Shown: positions 1 through 9,456 of the stretch, piece by piece | How the letters are laid out: every line of letters starts with the position of its first letter | How positions within the stretch are numbered: position 1 is the stretch's first letter | Source of the DNA: Patescibacteria group bacterium | GTDB lineage: Bacteria > Patescibacteriota > Microgenomatia > UBA1400 > CG1-02-47-37 | Length of the DNA: 56,087 nt | Direction of reading: 5' to 3' | NCBI GenBank assembly: GCA_038065055.1 | Contig: JBBTRT010000007.1 | Coordinates: forward strand, 1 to 56,087 | Program-made: the position numbers and the translations under genes | The notes under the pieces: model-generated | What the model was told of the DNA's origin: nothing | Seen by the model: only the letters and a program-made list of their open reading frames with translations | Databases searched by the model: none

Positions 1-430
1 CTATATCCTTAGCTTCATTAGCCAACCTTTGCGCCTCCAGCTTATCCCTCTCGGCAATTTTTTCTTTTTCATTAATAACCGAAACCGTTGGTTTTTTAAT
101 CACTGGCTCAACTGTTTTACCGTTCCCTATCTTAGATAAAAATGACGTTTCGGCAAACTCCAATTTATTAGGCACGATAACTGCATGCGCCGCTTCCCAC
201 GCCGCTTTCTGGGCTAATTTATCTTCCCGCTCTCTTCTGCCTTCTTTACATGAATTTCTGACTGAAGCGCTTCCCCGATCTTCACACGTTTGAACCCTGC
301 CCCCTTTTGCCCAAGAATCAACTATAAATTTTTGCACCGGATTATTGGTTACCCCAACCGCTACCACTAATGAAGCCGTCAAAAAACTTAAGCCAACTAA
401 ACCTATGATATTAAATTTCAACTTTCTCAT
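1..430 (-). CDS. hypothetical secreted or membrane-anchored protein; its 3' end runs off the window start
   Basis: Absent from the ORF track because there is no stop in the window. Hand translation from the ATG at 430-428 gives MRKLKFNIIGLVGLSFLTASLVVAVGV..., a hydrophobic N-terminus. The frame stays open to base 1. Its ATG overlaps the TGA of the upstream gene (TGATG). Confidence 0.5.
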   Translation of the reverse strand, partial: MRKLKFNIIGLVGLSFLTASLVVAVGVTNNPVQKFIVDSWAKGGRVQTCEDRGSASVRNSCKEGRREREDKLAQKAAWEAAHAVIVPNKLEFAETSFLSKIGNGKTVEPVIKKPTVSVINEKEKIAERDKLEAQRLANEAKDI

Positions 431-1890
431 CATTTACTAATTCTAAACCTTTCTTGGGGGACTTCAAACTTATCAATTATCGGTTGATTTTGATCATTTC
501 TTCTCAAGAAAATAATTACTCTAAAATCAGCAAAAACCACCGCCCATTCCGGATCTTTAACCCGGCTAATTAAAAACTGCTGTCCCCATGGGGTATAGTC
601 ATTAATCGAAAAAATAATCGCGTTAAATTGATACTTCTTCAGTTGTTCTTGCCATACCGATTCCTTCTCCTGCATTGGCACATATACCTGCTTAAAAAAT
701 TCTGCCGGATAGGCTTCGGGGCGATTATCGACAAAAACCGGTTCTTTCGGAAATAAATAAAAAATTAAAAAACTGCCGATGTCATAATTATTAAAAATCG
801 GCCCGGATAAATTTTGTTCTTTAAAAAATTCCATTGCCTTAGAATTCCCCGGCTCTAAACCTAAACCGAATCTATTGGTCAAGCTAAAAACCGCTATTGC
901 TACCGCCAGTAAAGTCACGGCCAAAAATGACTGATTTTGGTTATTTTTAACCGCCATAGAAAAATTCATTACCATAATCGGCCCGGCCAACAAACCAAAC
1001 AAAGCCAAATTTCTCAGCGCCAGCCAACCGGCAATACTAATTCCCACGGCAATCAATAAATTAGTCACCGGTATTTTTTTAAGCTTTACCGCCACGTACC
1101 CAAAACTTAGCCATAAAGTCAAAAACATCAGTTTAAAAATTAAATAATTACGATTGGGAATTAATTTTTCAATCAGCCGTATTGGCTGGTTTTCCGCCAA
1201 CCGGTAGCCATAATTATTAAAAATTGTCAGCGGCTCAATTACCCCCCTAAAACCAAAAGGATTAATTAAGGTGATCAGCGAACAAATTACCAACAGGGCC
1301 AATAATTTATAACTGGGTTTGCCTAATAAAAAACAAACGATTAATAAAGGTCCCAGAAAAAAATAAATGTGGCTATTAACCCAAAACAGCTGTAATAACG
1401 GTAAAAGCCACACCCAACGGCTATTTTGATATTTAGTCAAAATTAAGAAAAAACAACTGACAAAAAAATAAGTCAACGCCTCCGGCCTGATTTCCATCCG
1501 TTCCGCCAAAAGACTAATTGCAGGCAAAACCAATAAAGTAGCCAATAAAATATTACCCGAATTAACTCCTATCCAAAACATGATCGCAAAGCTGGCCACC
1601 GATAAAATAATAAAAAATAACTGCAAACCAACAAAACCGCCTGCTTGCCAAATTTTATAAAAAACGGCTCCGGCCAGCCAATGATGGTTAAAAACTTCAA
1701 ATCCGACTTGAGTATATGAATAATAATTGGTGGTTAATATTTTCCCCTTGTCCCAGAAAATTTGGCCGTTAATCAAATGCCTGCCTAAATCGGCAGTCAC
1801 TAAGTTAATTTTATGGCTTAAAAAAAGTCCGTACAATATCGCCCCCAAAATTACCAATAAAATTTTAATTAATCGATCGTAAGACATCAA
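430..1890 (-). CDS. polytopic membrane protein, possibly a GT-C-type glycosyltransferase
   Basis: 486-aa ORF with more than 10 hydrophobic segments and an N-terminal DLGRHL..G loop. The family assignment is weak. Confidence 0.6.
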   Translation of the reverse strand: MMSYDRLIKILLVILGAILYGLFLSHKINLVTADLGRHLINGQIFWDKGKILTTNYYSYTQVGFEVFNHHWLAGAVFYKIWQAGGFVGLQLFFIILSVASFAIMFWIGVNSGNILLATLLVLPAISLLAERMEIRPEALTYFFVSCFFLILTKYQNSRWVWLLPLLQLFWVNSHIYFFLGPLLIVCFLLGKPSYKLLALLVICSLITLINPFGFRGVIEPLTIFNNYGYRLAENQPIRLIEKLIPNRNYLIFKLMFLTLWLSFGYVAVKLKKIPVTNLLIAVGISIAGWLALRNLALFGLLAGPIMVMNFSMAVKNNQNQSFLAVTLLAVAIAVFSLTNRFGLGLEPGNSKAMEFFKEQNLSGPIFNNYDIGSFLIFYLFPKEPVFVDNRPEAYPAEFFKQVYVPMQEKESVWQEQLKKYQFNAIIFSINDYTPWGQQFLISRVKDPEWAVVFADFRVIIFLRRNDQNQPIIDKFEVPQERFRISK

Positions 1891-2149
1891 TCTTCCTCGG
1901 AGAAATTTTAAATAATACCCCTGCCGTTACCACCCCCATCGCTCCCAAAACACTGAAAGCCTGGCCATTCCCGGCTACGTCCGCCAAAAATCCAGCCATA
2001 ATTGGCGACAATAAATATAAAGCCTTATGCCTCTTACCGTATTTTTGAATGTGATTCACCACGTGTTGCCAGTCGCACATACAATCAGAATAACAAACAC
2101 ACAGACTATTTACAATATTATATGAACTTAGTATTATGTTCCATAACCT

Positions 2150-2815
2150 ATGTCTTATTCAATAACTTTAAAAGAAAATGCAGCTAAATTCCGTCAAGAA
2201 GGACATACTATTAAAGAAATTTCTATAAAATTAAATATTGCAAAAAGTACTGCCTCAGGCTGGCTCAATACACTTATTCTTAATAAACAAGCGCAACAAA
2301 AACTTCAAAAAAGAAAATTATTCAATTATTATAAAATCTCACAAAGGTGGCTACAAAAAAGATTAATAGAAAAAGAAAAAGCTCAAAATAAAGCACGTAA
2401 TGCATCGAGAAATCTAATTCTATCTAAAAATCATTTAAAGTTTCTTTGTTCTTTTCTTTTTTGGGCTGAAGGGGCAAAAGATTTAGGTTCAGTGAAATTT
2501 ATTAATTCTGATCCTAAAATGATAAAAACTTTTCTTTTCTTACTAAGACATTCATTTCCAATAAATGAGAAAAAATTTAGAGCTTTAATTCATATTCACG
2601 AATACCACAATGAAAAACAGTTAAAAGTATTTTGGTCTAAAATTACCAATATCCCTATTAAACAATTCTATAAATCTTACCTCAAGCCTCATACTAAAAA
2701 AAGAAAAAGACTAAACTATCAAGGCAGTATTAATATCAGTTATTACGATGCCAAGCTTGCTCGAGAATTATGTGCCATCTATAATACACTAACAGATAAA
2801 CTTTTAGGGGTGTAG
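2150..2815 (+). CDS. N-terminal HTH protein with a possible LAGLIDADG-like (homing-endonuclease-like) core
   Basis: 221-aa ORF, visibly AT-rich. It has an HTH-like segment (IKEISIKLNIAKSTASGWL) and an FLCSFLFWAEGAKD..VKFINSD segment resembling a LAGLIDADG motif. Its stop codon lies inside the tRNA. Confidence 0.45.
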   Translation: MSYSITLKENAAKFRQEGHTIKEISIKLNIAKSTASGWLNTLILNKQAQQKLQKRKLFNYYKISQRWLQKRLIEKEKAQNKARNASRNLILSKNHLKFLCSFLFWAEGAKDLGSVKFINSDPKMIKTFLFLLRHSFPINEKKFRALIHIHEYHNEKQLKVFWSKITNIPIKQFYKSYLKPHTKKRKRLNYQGSINISYYDAKLARELCAIYNTLTDKLLGV

Positions 2816-2878
2816 CTCAGCTGGCAGAGCGTCCGTCTCCAAAACGGAAGGCCGTAGGTTCGAAACCTACCACCCCTG
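2806..2878 (+). tRNA. trnW: tRNA-Trp (anticodon CCA)
   Basis: Hand-folded cloverleaf. Acceptor AGGGGTG/CACCCCT, D arm GCTC/GAGC, anticodon arm TCCGT-CTCCAAA-ACGGA, T arm GTAGG-TTCGAAA-CCTAC, discriminator G. CCA is not fully encoded. Confidence 0.93.
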
Positions 2879-2893
2879 CAAAGTCCTATAGTA

Positions 2894-2921
2894 TTGACTT
2901 ACTGACATTTTATGCTATTAT
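2894..2921 (+). promoter_or_regulatory. sigma70-like promoter (TTGACT, 16 nt, TATTAT), only 7 nt before the ATG at 2929
   Basis: Hexamers read directly from the sequence. The spacing implies a leaderless or near-leaderless mRNA. Confidence 0.4.
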
Positions 2922-2928
2922 TCAGCCT

Positions 2929-3438
2929 ATGTCACAATCAAAACTAAATCTATCTGCACAAGAAGCCCTATTGGCTTGCCAACCAAAATGGAATGTAGGC
3001 GTTGATTATATTCATGATTTTGAACTAGCATGTCAAACATTCAAGGAAGTTGGATTTGGCAATATTTACATGACTACTTCAAATGTCAGAAAAGAAGACA
3101 ATACTGTAACAATTTCTTTAATGCGTCATGGAAAAGGTCAACCGGCAGTTTTTGCTTCGTTTTTAGCCTTTCAGGCTGGAGACGCACGGGAAAAAAACTA
3201 TAAAGATGACGAAATACTCATTTTTCTAAAAAATACTGTAGCCCCGGCATTGCTTGAAAATGATGAAATTAGGAAACAGGTTATGGAGCATTCATTGGCA
3301 AAAACTGGTTCTGATTTAGAGACTGTCATCCAAAGCGCCACTCTTCAAGCTGGTTTATTTGGAATGACTCATCCAGGGCAAGTGAGGACTTTACTAGAAT
3401 CAAATTTGCAAGATAAATTCCCTGGAATTAAACCTTAA
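2929..3438 (+). CDS. hypothetical protein
   Basis: 169-aa ORF with a promoter-like element upstream. No recognised motif. Confidence 0.5.
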   Translation: MSQSKLNLSAQEALLACQPKWNVGVDYIHDFELACQTFKEVGFGNIYMTTSNVRKEDNTVTISLMRHGKGQPAVFASFLAFQAGDAREKNYKDDEILIFLKNTVAPALLENDEIRKQVMEHSLAKTGSDLETVIQSATLQAGLFGMTHPGQVRTLLESNLQDKFPGIKP

Positions 3439-3471
3439 ACCACGTTACAATATAGTCAACTAACCCCTGCC

Positions 3472-4758
3472 CTAAATTAATCCCTGCTGTACCTTCACAA
3501 TATTCTCCGCTCCGCTCCGGAAAATTTTCGGCAGTTTAAACGCCCTTTCCATTGCCTCGTTTAATAAACCCCGGTGCCACAAATTCATTAACTGCTGGTG
3601 CGTGCCCCAAACCCGCAAATCATAACCCACCCTTAACTTCACAAACCGCTCCTGGATATTTTCTTCCCACTCGCCCCACGGCTCCATAAACAATAAAAAA
3701 CAGCCCGCCGCCGCCGCGTCATAAGCCAAATCCCCTGAAGGCTTGGTAATCACTCCGTGTGCCCATGAGATCATGAATTTAATTAATTTTTCATTGGCAT
3801 CCACGATATTATCCTCGTATAAAATTCTTAAATCCGCCGCTTCATTTTCCAAATCGCCGATAATCATATTTTGCTCGCCGGCAAACTCTTCAAAATAATT
3901 CCTGATATCCCGGTGCGTCCCGGCATACAAAAATAACCGGACTTTTTCCGGCAATTTCAATAATGGTCCTAACTGTTTTAACACCTCTTTAATTTCCGCG
4001 AAATTCGTTCCCAGCCCCCCGGTGCAAACCGCCAAATTAATCGGCTGTCCCTGAGTTAATCTTTTCTGCTTGGTCCCAATTTGACAAATTCTCGGGTCCA
4101 CCGGCGGTCCGGTCACCACCACGGTTTCTGGTTTAACAATTATATTTTGCCGCTCAGCTTCCTTAAAAAAAGCAATTTTAGTTTTTTCGTCAAACACGCA
4201 ATAAATAACTTTGTCATAAGGCAACCCCTTTAAATACTGCGGCCGGATATGCGGATCGGTGATTGCCTGAATTACCGTTTTCCCTAATTTCATTAGCTGA
4301 TTCCCGGCTTCATAATGCAGCGAAATTATCGGTTGCTCCGTCTTTTTCACTAATTCCTGCAATGGCCTGACAATCGCCGCCGTAATCGGTAATTTATTCC
4401 GAATCACCGTATCTACTTGATCTTTCAACCACTTTAACCATCGAGTCCTAGCCACTAACTTACCCAATCCCGCCGTAAATTCAATTTTTCCCCACCCCTC
4501 GTGATTAATCACAAAATTAGTCGGATCAGACAGCCAACTTGTTTTACCCAACTTTTTCGCCGCTTCCTCGACTGCCTTGGCCATCGAATAGTGCGCCCGG
4601 GAAAAAACAACATCCGGCGCCGTATGCTCCAAATTAGGGTATTTTTCTGACAATTCTTTTCTAAAAGTCGCCGAAATCGTCACTATCGGCACCGCTACTT
4701 TAGCTAATTTTTCCTGTTCATCTTTTAACGCCCGCAATAAATCTTGTTTAACGTCCAT
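3472..4758 (-). CDS. GT-B fold glycosyltransferase (MGDG synthase/UgtP/MurG-like)
   Basis: 428-aa ORF. CTGGLGTN and ITKPSGDLAYDAAAAG..PWGEWEEN segments resemble the C-terminal nucleotide-sugar binding motifs of the GT28/MGDG-synthase family. Confidence 0.5.
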   Translation of the reverse strand: MDVKQDLLRALKDEQEKLAKVAVPIVTISATFRKELSEKYPNLEHTAPDVVFSRAHYSMAKAVEEAAKKLGKTSWLSDPTNFVINHEGWGKIEFTAGLGKLVARTRWLKWLKDQVDTVIRNKLPITAAIVRPLQELVKKTEQPIISLHYEAGNQLMKLGKTVIQAITDPHIRPQYLKGLPYDKVIYCVFDEKTKIAFFKEAERQNIIVKPETVVVTGPPVDPRICQIGTKQKRLTQGQPINLAVCTGGLGTNFAEIKEVLKQLGPLLKLPEKVRLFLYAGTHRDIRNYFEEFAGEQNMIIGDLENEAADLRILYEDNIVDANEKLIKFMISWAHGVITKPSGDLAYDAAAAGCFLLFMEPWGEWEENIQERFVKLRVGYDLRVWGTHQQLMNLWHRGLLNEAMERAFKLPKIFRSGAENIVKVQQGLI

Positions 4759-5723
4759 TAATAAATATTAAACCATTCCAAACTTTTCTGCACCGCCAGA
4801 TTCCAAGAATCGCTGGCACCAGCCAAATTATGGTCCGCGCCCGGATAAATATTTAACTCTACAATTTTCCCCTTTTCTTTTAAATTTTTTTCCAAAGCCT
4901 GCGACCATTCCAATGGCACGGCGTCATCCGCTGTTCCCTGATGGATCTGAATCGGCGCCTCAATCCAATCGTAATAATTATGAATCGAAAACTCATTGGC
5001 TTCGTACTGCGCGTCAAAACCCGCCACCACTTTTCTCAGGGCTTTACCGAAATCATCAAACTCATCTGTATAATACAAAATCGAGTAGGGAAACGGCTTG
5101 GAAACCGGCGCCCACAGGCTAGTGGGATATTTTTTCCCAGAAATTTCCAAAACTGCTAAAGCAATCTGGCCGCCGTTGCTATGTCCCCAAATCGCGATTT
5201 TATCCGGATTCGCCTCTTTTAGATTCTTCACCGATGCGATTAACTGCAACACCGTCACCGGGGTTAAAAACCTATCTTCTAAAGTATTATCCGGCGGCAT
5301 ATCTGACTCACCGTAACCTAAAAAGTCCGGCGCTAAAGTTAAGTAGCCGTTTTTGGCAAAAACTGTGGCGGCCGGATTGGTCCCGATCCCAGTTTGATAG
5401 CTTTCCCGATCCGCATAGCCCCGAATCATAATCACCACCGGCCAACCTCCTTCCGGGAGACTCCCGGAAGGTATTTTAATCTGCCCGCTGACTTTCCTGC
5501 CCTCTGTCCAAAAATAAAAAGTTGACCCTTCTACCCAAATCCCATCCGGCAAAAATACTTTTTGCCTCAGCTCCGGAAAACTGTACTTTTGCAGCGGCTT
5601 TTCCTGGAAAATCCACTTTGCCTCAGGCGATAAAAATCCGGTCTTTCCCTTTGGCCAAAACCACCACCCGCCCAATCCCAACACTATTATTATCCCAATT
5701 AACCAAAATATTTTTTTATTCAT
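4758..5723 (-). CDS. membrane-anchored alpha/beta hydrolase (S9/dienelactone-hydrolase-like)
   Basis: N-terminal TM helix, GHSNGG nucleophile elbow (GxSxG), and downstream D and H (GADH). Confidence 0.75.
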   Translation of the reverse strand: MNKKIFWLIGIIIVLGLGGWWFWPKGKTGFLSPEAKWIFQEKPLQKYSFPELRQKVFLPDGIWVEGSTFYFWTEGRKVSGQIKIPSGSLPEGGWPVVIMIRGYADRESYQTGIGTNPAATVFAKNGYLTLAPDFLGYGESDMPPDNTLEDRFLTPVTVLQLIASVKNLKEANPDKIAIWGHSNGGQIALAVLEISGKKYPTSLWAPVSKPFPYSILYYTDEFDDFGKALRKVVAGFDAQYEANEFSIHNYYDWIEAPIQIHQGTADDAVPLEWSQALEKNLKEKGKIVELNIYPGADHNLAGASDSWNLAVQKSLEWFNIY

Positions 5724-6516
5724 TACACAATTTTTTCAAAATCTCTATATTCTTTCTGTCCGGTCCGCCTCCGTCAAATCCCGGCGCTTCAGTAATCAGC
5801 GGTAAATTTTTAAAAGCCGGATAATTAACATATTTACCCAATTCCTTAAGTCCCATTTTGCCCTCGCCAATATTCTCATGCCTGTCCAAACCGCCGCCAA
5901 ACACTCCTTTTGAGTCATTTACATGCAAACAAATCAATGATTTGACTAGATCAAACTGTATCAGGGTATTTTCCATATCTTTACCGAAAGAAATACCAGC
6001 TCCCCAGCTATGGCATGTATCCAAGCACCAACCAACTTTGTCACTATGAATATCTTGCAATAACAACTTTATCTCACTTAATTGAGAACATAATTTACCC
6101 TTCTGCCCGGCGCTATTCTCAATCAGCAACTTAACCCGGCCAGAACTATCCCTTAATACAGTTTTAATCGTACTTACCAGCTGTTTTTTCACCAAACCAA
6201 ATCCTTGGCCCATATGGCTGCCTAAATGCACGATTAATCCGCTTGCCCCGATCATTTCCCCGACTTTTAAATCGTATTTTAAACTGGCAATCGATTTTTC
6301 CACTAATTCCTGATTAGCTGATCCCAAATTAATCAAATATTTGGCATGGATAAAAACCGGCAGTTTTATTTTTCCGGTGATAATAAGCGGCTTATTGTGC
6401 CACATTTGCGGACTACTGGAAAAAATCTGCATACAATTGCCGCCCATCCCTACAATTCTCTCCACCGCCTTATCCAACCCACCGCTAATCGATACATGCG
6501 CTCCAATTCGCCTCAT
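5716..6516 (-). CDS. nfo: deoxyribonuclease IV (endonuclease IV)
   Basis: IGAHVSISGG...QIFSSSPQMW N-terminus plus H/D/E metal-ligand pattern, typical of Nfo. Confidence 0.9.
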   Translation of the reverse strand: MRRIGAHVSISGGLDKAVERIVGMGGNCMQIFSSSPQMWHNKPLIITGKIKLPVFIHAKYLINLGSANQELVEKSIASLKYDLKVGEMIGASGLIVHLGSHMGQGFGLVKKQLVSTIKTVLRDSSGRVKLLIENSAGQKGKLCSQLSEIKLLLQDIHSDKVGWCLDTCHSWGAGISFGKDMENTLIQFDLVKSLICLHVNDSKGVFGGGLDRHENIGEGKMGLKELGKYVNYPAFKNLPLITEAPGFDGGGPDRKNIEILKKLCNE

Positions 6517-7749
6517 ACACTTAATTCCTCTTCCACTATTTTTTTACCCTCTTCCACTAATTCTTTTGCTTGTTCTAAACTCGGAGAATCGCTAAATACT
6601 CGAATTAACGGCTCAGTCCCTGATGCCCGGATAAATCTAAAGCCATCTCTAAAAATCTCTTTTATTCCTTTACCCACATATTTTTTTGGCATCTTGTCCC
6701 AACCGCACTTAATCGCTATTTTCTCCTGATAATAAACCGGATATTGTTGCCGCATCTCACTTAAAGACAATTTTTTTCTGGCCATTACCTGCAATATTTG
6801 CACTCCGGCCATTAACCCATCCGCCCATAAAAATTTATCAGCAAAAAAATATTTTCCTGACTCTTCATAAGCAAAATCAGCGTGATATTTTTTAATCGCC
6901 GCAATTATCTCCGGCGGGCCAACCCGGCATTCAATCACTTTCGCCCCCCATTTTTTGGCTTCGTTTTTAAACAGTCCTGAAGAATTGACCGGCGTCACTA
7001 AAGTTTTTTTGCCTTCTGCCAAAATCACCGCCGTCAAATCTTCCGATAAAACCATCCCCTTTTCATCAATAAACACCACCCGGTCAGCATCAACATCGGT
7101 CGCTATTCCCAAATCGCAATGATTGCTTACCACCTGCTTAGCCGTTTCCGCCAAAGTCTCCCGCCGCGGTTCTGATGCTCTGGCCGGCCTTTGGCCAAGC
7201 CGGTCATTTATCATCACCACCTCCCCTAAGTTGGAAAAAAGCTGCTTGCCAACCTCAATCGCGCAACCATTAACCGGATCAAATAAAATTCTAAAATTAT
7301 GTTTTTTAATAAACCCCGCATCCACGGTTATTAATAAAGCCTTAATATATTCAGAGTGATCCATAAATCCGGGTAATTTTTTCGCCCATCTTGCCATAAA
7401 TTCCACTGCCGTCTTTTAACGTTGGTATTATCCCAATCATATTCCAGGGTAAATGCGAGCCGGTCACTGATACCCCCAAATCATAACCCTGCTTCACCTG
7501 ATACCAGGTTAATTCCGGCGTCGTTAAAATCCCCGCGTCAACTGCTTTCATTCCCGCTTCAACTAAACCTTTAATTAAGGCCTGCTTAATTTCTTTTGCT
7601 CCCGGCCGCGGATCGCAGACAATCAACGCTTTCTTTTTACCAATATATTTCCCAAGCGCCAAACCAATCTTAAAGCTAAAATTTGCATCAATTTCTTTTC
7701 CGATCAAACCCCTGATCCCCGAAGTGCCGAATAAATTATTTACCCGCAT
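6513..7749 (-). pseudogene. phosphoglucosamine/phosphomanno-mutase family gene split by a frameshift in an A6 tract
   Basis: ORFs 7351..7749 (FGTSGIRG, TGSHLP active-site loop) and 6513..7406 (DPVNG, DVDADR, C-terminal GTEP) are the N and C parts of one alpha-D-phosphohexomutase. Removing one A from the run at 7377-7382 restores ...GKMGEKLPGFMDHSEY.... Confidence 0.8.
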
Positions 7750-8369
7750 ATCTCCACTCCGCTACTCGTACCAATCCTGTTTGCTCCAGCTTTTACCATC
7801 GCTTCAGCTTGTTCCCGATTTTTAATGCCTCCGGACGCTTTGACTCCGAATTTTGGCCCCACGGTTTTTCTTAATAATTTTACATCCTCCACTGTGGCCC
7901 CACCAAACCCCATTCCCGTCGACGTCTTTACAAAATTCGCTCCCCCTGTTTTAACTAATTTTGCCGCCAAAACCTTTTCTTTATCGTTCAAATTACCGGT
8001 TTCAATTATTATTTTCACTAACCTGCCACTGGCTGCCTTAACTACTGCTTTTACCTCTTGCTCCATATTCTCAAGCCTGTTTATCACCACATCCAGTTCA
8101 TCCGCTCCGTCTTTAATCGCCTGCTTAACTTCCGCCACTTTTATCGCTAAAGTATTTGCCCCCAACGGAAACCCGATCACGCTCGCCACCCGCACTCCGG
8201 CTTCTTTAGCTAGCTTTACCCAGCAGGGATTCACACACACGCTCCAAAAACCATAAACTTTGGCTTCCTGGCATAATTTCTTAATTTCCCCCTCTGTGGC
8301 CGTCGGCTTCAGTAAAGTGTGGTCAATCAGTAAATTTAAGTTCATGTCGAAGATATTGTTTAAACTCAT
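7740..8369 (-). CDS. deoC: deoxyribose-phosphate aldolase
   Basis: LIDHTLLKP, VCV.P, FVKTSTG (Schiff-base Lys) and KASGGI motifs. The start may instead be the internal Met at 8345. Confidence 0.9.
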   Translation of the reverse strand: MSLNNIFDMNLNLLIDHTLLKPTATEGEIKKLCQEAKVYGFWSVCVNPCWVKLAKEAGVRVASVIGFPLGANTLAIKVAEVKQAIKDGADELDVVINRLENMEQEVKAVVKAASGRLVKIIIETGNLNDKEKVLAAKLVKTGGANFVKTSTGMGFGGATVEDVKLLRKTVGPKFGVKASGGIKNREQAEAMVKAGANRIGTSSGVEICG

Positions 8370-9228
8370 CTTTAATCTCCGGGTGTTTTAAAGCAAACTC
8401 CACCACGGTTTTCAAATACTCCATTTTATTGCCGGTATCGTAAAACTTACCCCCTTTAATCTCCACCGCCAAAACTTTCTTTTTATCTTTCAGCATTAAT
8501 TTAATCGCGTCGTTGTACCACAACTCCTGGCCTGGTTTTAACTGCTCCGCCACTTGGTCTAAGTACTTAAAAATTTCCGGAGTAAAAATAAACCCGGACA
8601 CATTCGCCAAATCCGACGGCGCTTTATCTTTACCTGGTTTTTCCAAAATCTGATCCACATCCATAATTCCCGGCTCAATTTCCTTGCCGCCGGTAAAACC
8701 GTACCGCCAATAGTCCTTTGGACTAGTCACCCGGATGCTTCCCAAACAAGTACAGCCATATTTTTTATAAACTTCAATCAGCTGTTTAAACCGGCTCGGC
8801 TCGGCCGCGATAAAATCATCGCTCCAAGTGTAAATAAACGGCTCATCGCCGATTAAGTGCCGCACGTTAAGTAGCGGCGTACCGTTGCCGTACGGTCCTT
8901 TTTGCCTCACATACACAAAATTTGCCAGCTCGGAAATTTTATTAATTTCGTCCAGTATTGGCTTTTTTTTGCCTCCGCCCAACCGCAAATTTTCCAACAA
9001 ATCTCCACTCGGCGCGTCAAAATGGTCTTCAATCGTCCGCTTATGGTAACCGGTCACCATAATAATGTCTTTTATCCCCGCCCCCACCAATTCCTCCACC
9101 ACGTACTGAATCACCGGTTTATCCACGATCGGCAGCATTTCCTTGGGCATCGCTTTAGTTTGCGGCAAAAATCTTGTCCCGAAGCCGGCGGCCGGAATTA
9201 CTGCTTTAGTTACGCTTCTCTTGAACAT
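8323..9228 (-). CDS. galU: UTP--glucose-1-phosphate uridylyltransferase
   Basis: KAVIPAAGFGTRFLPQTKAMPKEMLPIVDKP N-terminal signature. Confidence 0.9.
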   Translation of the reverse strand: MFKRSVTKAVIPAAGFGTRFLPQTKAMPKEMLPIVDKPVIQYVVEELVGAGIKDIIMVTGYHKRTIEDHFDAPSGDLLENLRLGGGKKKPILDEINKISELANFVYVRQKGPYGNGTPLLNVRHLIGDEPFIYTWSDDFIAAEPSRFKQLIEVYKKYGCTCLGSIRVTSPKDYWRYGFTGGKEIEPGIMDVDQILEKPGKDKAPSDLANVSGFIFTPEIFKYLDQVAEQLKPGQELWYNDAIKLMLKDKKKVLAVEIKGGKFYDTGNKMEYLKTVVEFALKHPEIKDEFKQYLRHELKFTD

Positions 9229-9257
9229 AAGTCGACTCTAGTATAACATATTAAAGC

Positions 9258-9455
9258 ATGCTAAAATCACAGCTTATCTCGCCATTGAAATTCATTCAAG
9301 AATCAATGGTCGAGTTAAAAAAAGTTGTTTGGCCCACCAAACAGCAGGTAATTAGATTAACGCTAATTGTCATTGGCGCCAGCGTCGCCACCGGCCTTTT
9401 AATCGGGGCCTTAGATTACCTGTTTAGCCTGTTAATCGGCCAAATAATTAAATAA
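9258..9455 (+). CDS. secE: preprotein translocase subunit SecE
   Basis: 65-aa ORF with ELKKVVWPTKQQ followed by a single TM helix, placed directly before nusG. Confidence 0.85.
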   Translation: MLKSQLISPLKFIQESMVELKKVVWPTKQQVIRLTLIVIGASVATGLLIGALDYLFSLLIGQIIK

Positions 9456-9456
9456 T

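Noticed and set aside
1865-2187. ORF 1865..2080 (-), which resembles a C-terminal fragment of an MFS transporter (SPIMAGFLADVAGNGQAFSVLGAMGVVTAGVL), and ORF 2002..2187 (+).
   Set aside because: The resemblance is too short and too weak to call a gene or a pseudogene. The ORF overlaps the start of the 486-aa gene. It may be a relic, but I cannot support it.
4913-5824. A cluster of + strand ORFs (4913..5122, 4941..5159, 5098..5316, 5234..5431, 5522..5824), and similar antisense ORFs throughout the track. Examples: 5858..6049, 6341..6729, 7123..7359, 7825..8256, 8902..9246, 9738..10004, 11238..11597, 12090..12620, 13484..13796, 15048..15559, 20246..20671, 23249..23542, 23755..24645, 26235..26762, 33338..34384, 45879..46337, 47082..47702, 47929..48228, 49770..50792, 53798..54223 and 55164..55430.
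   Set aside because: Each lies opposite or out of frame within a long ORF that has clear family motifs or coherent architecture. Their translations are low-complexity (Pro/Ser/Arg/Thr-rich) shadow frames.
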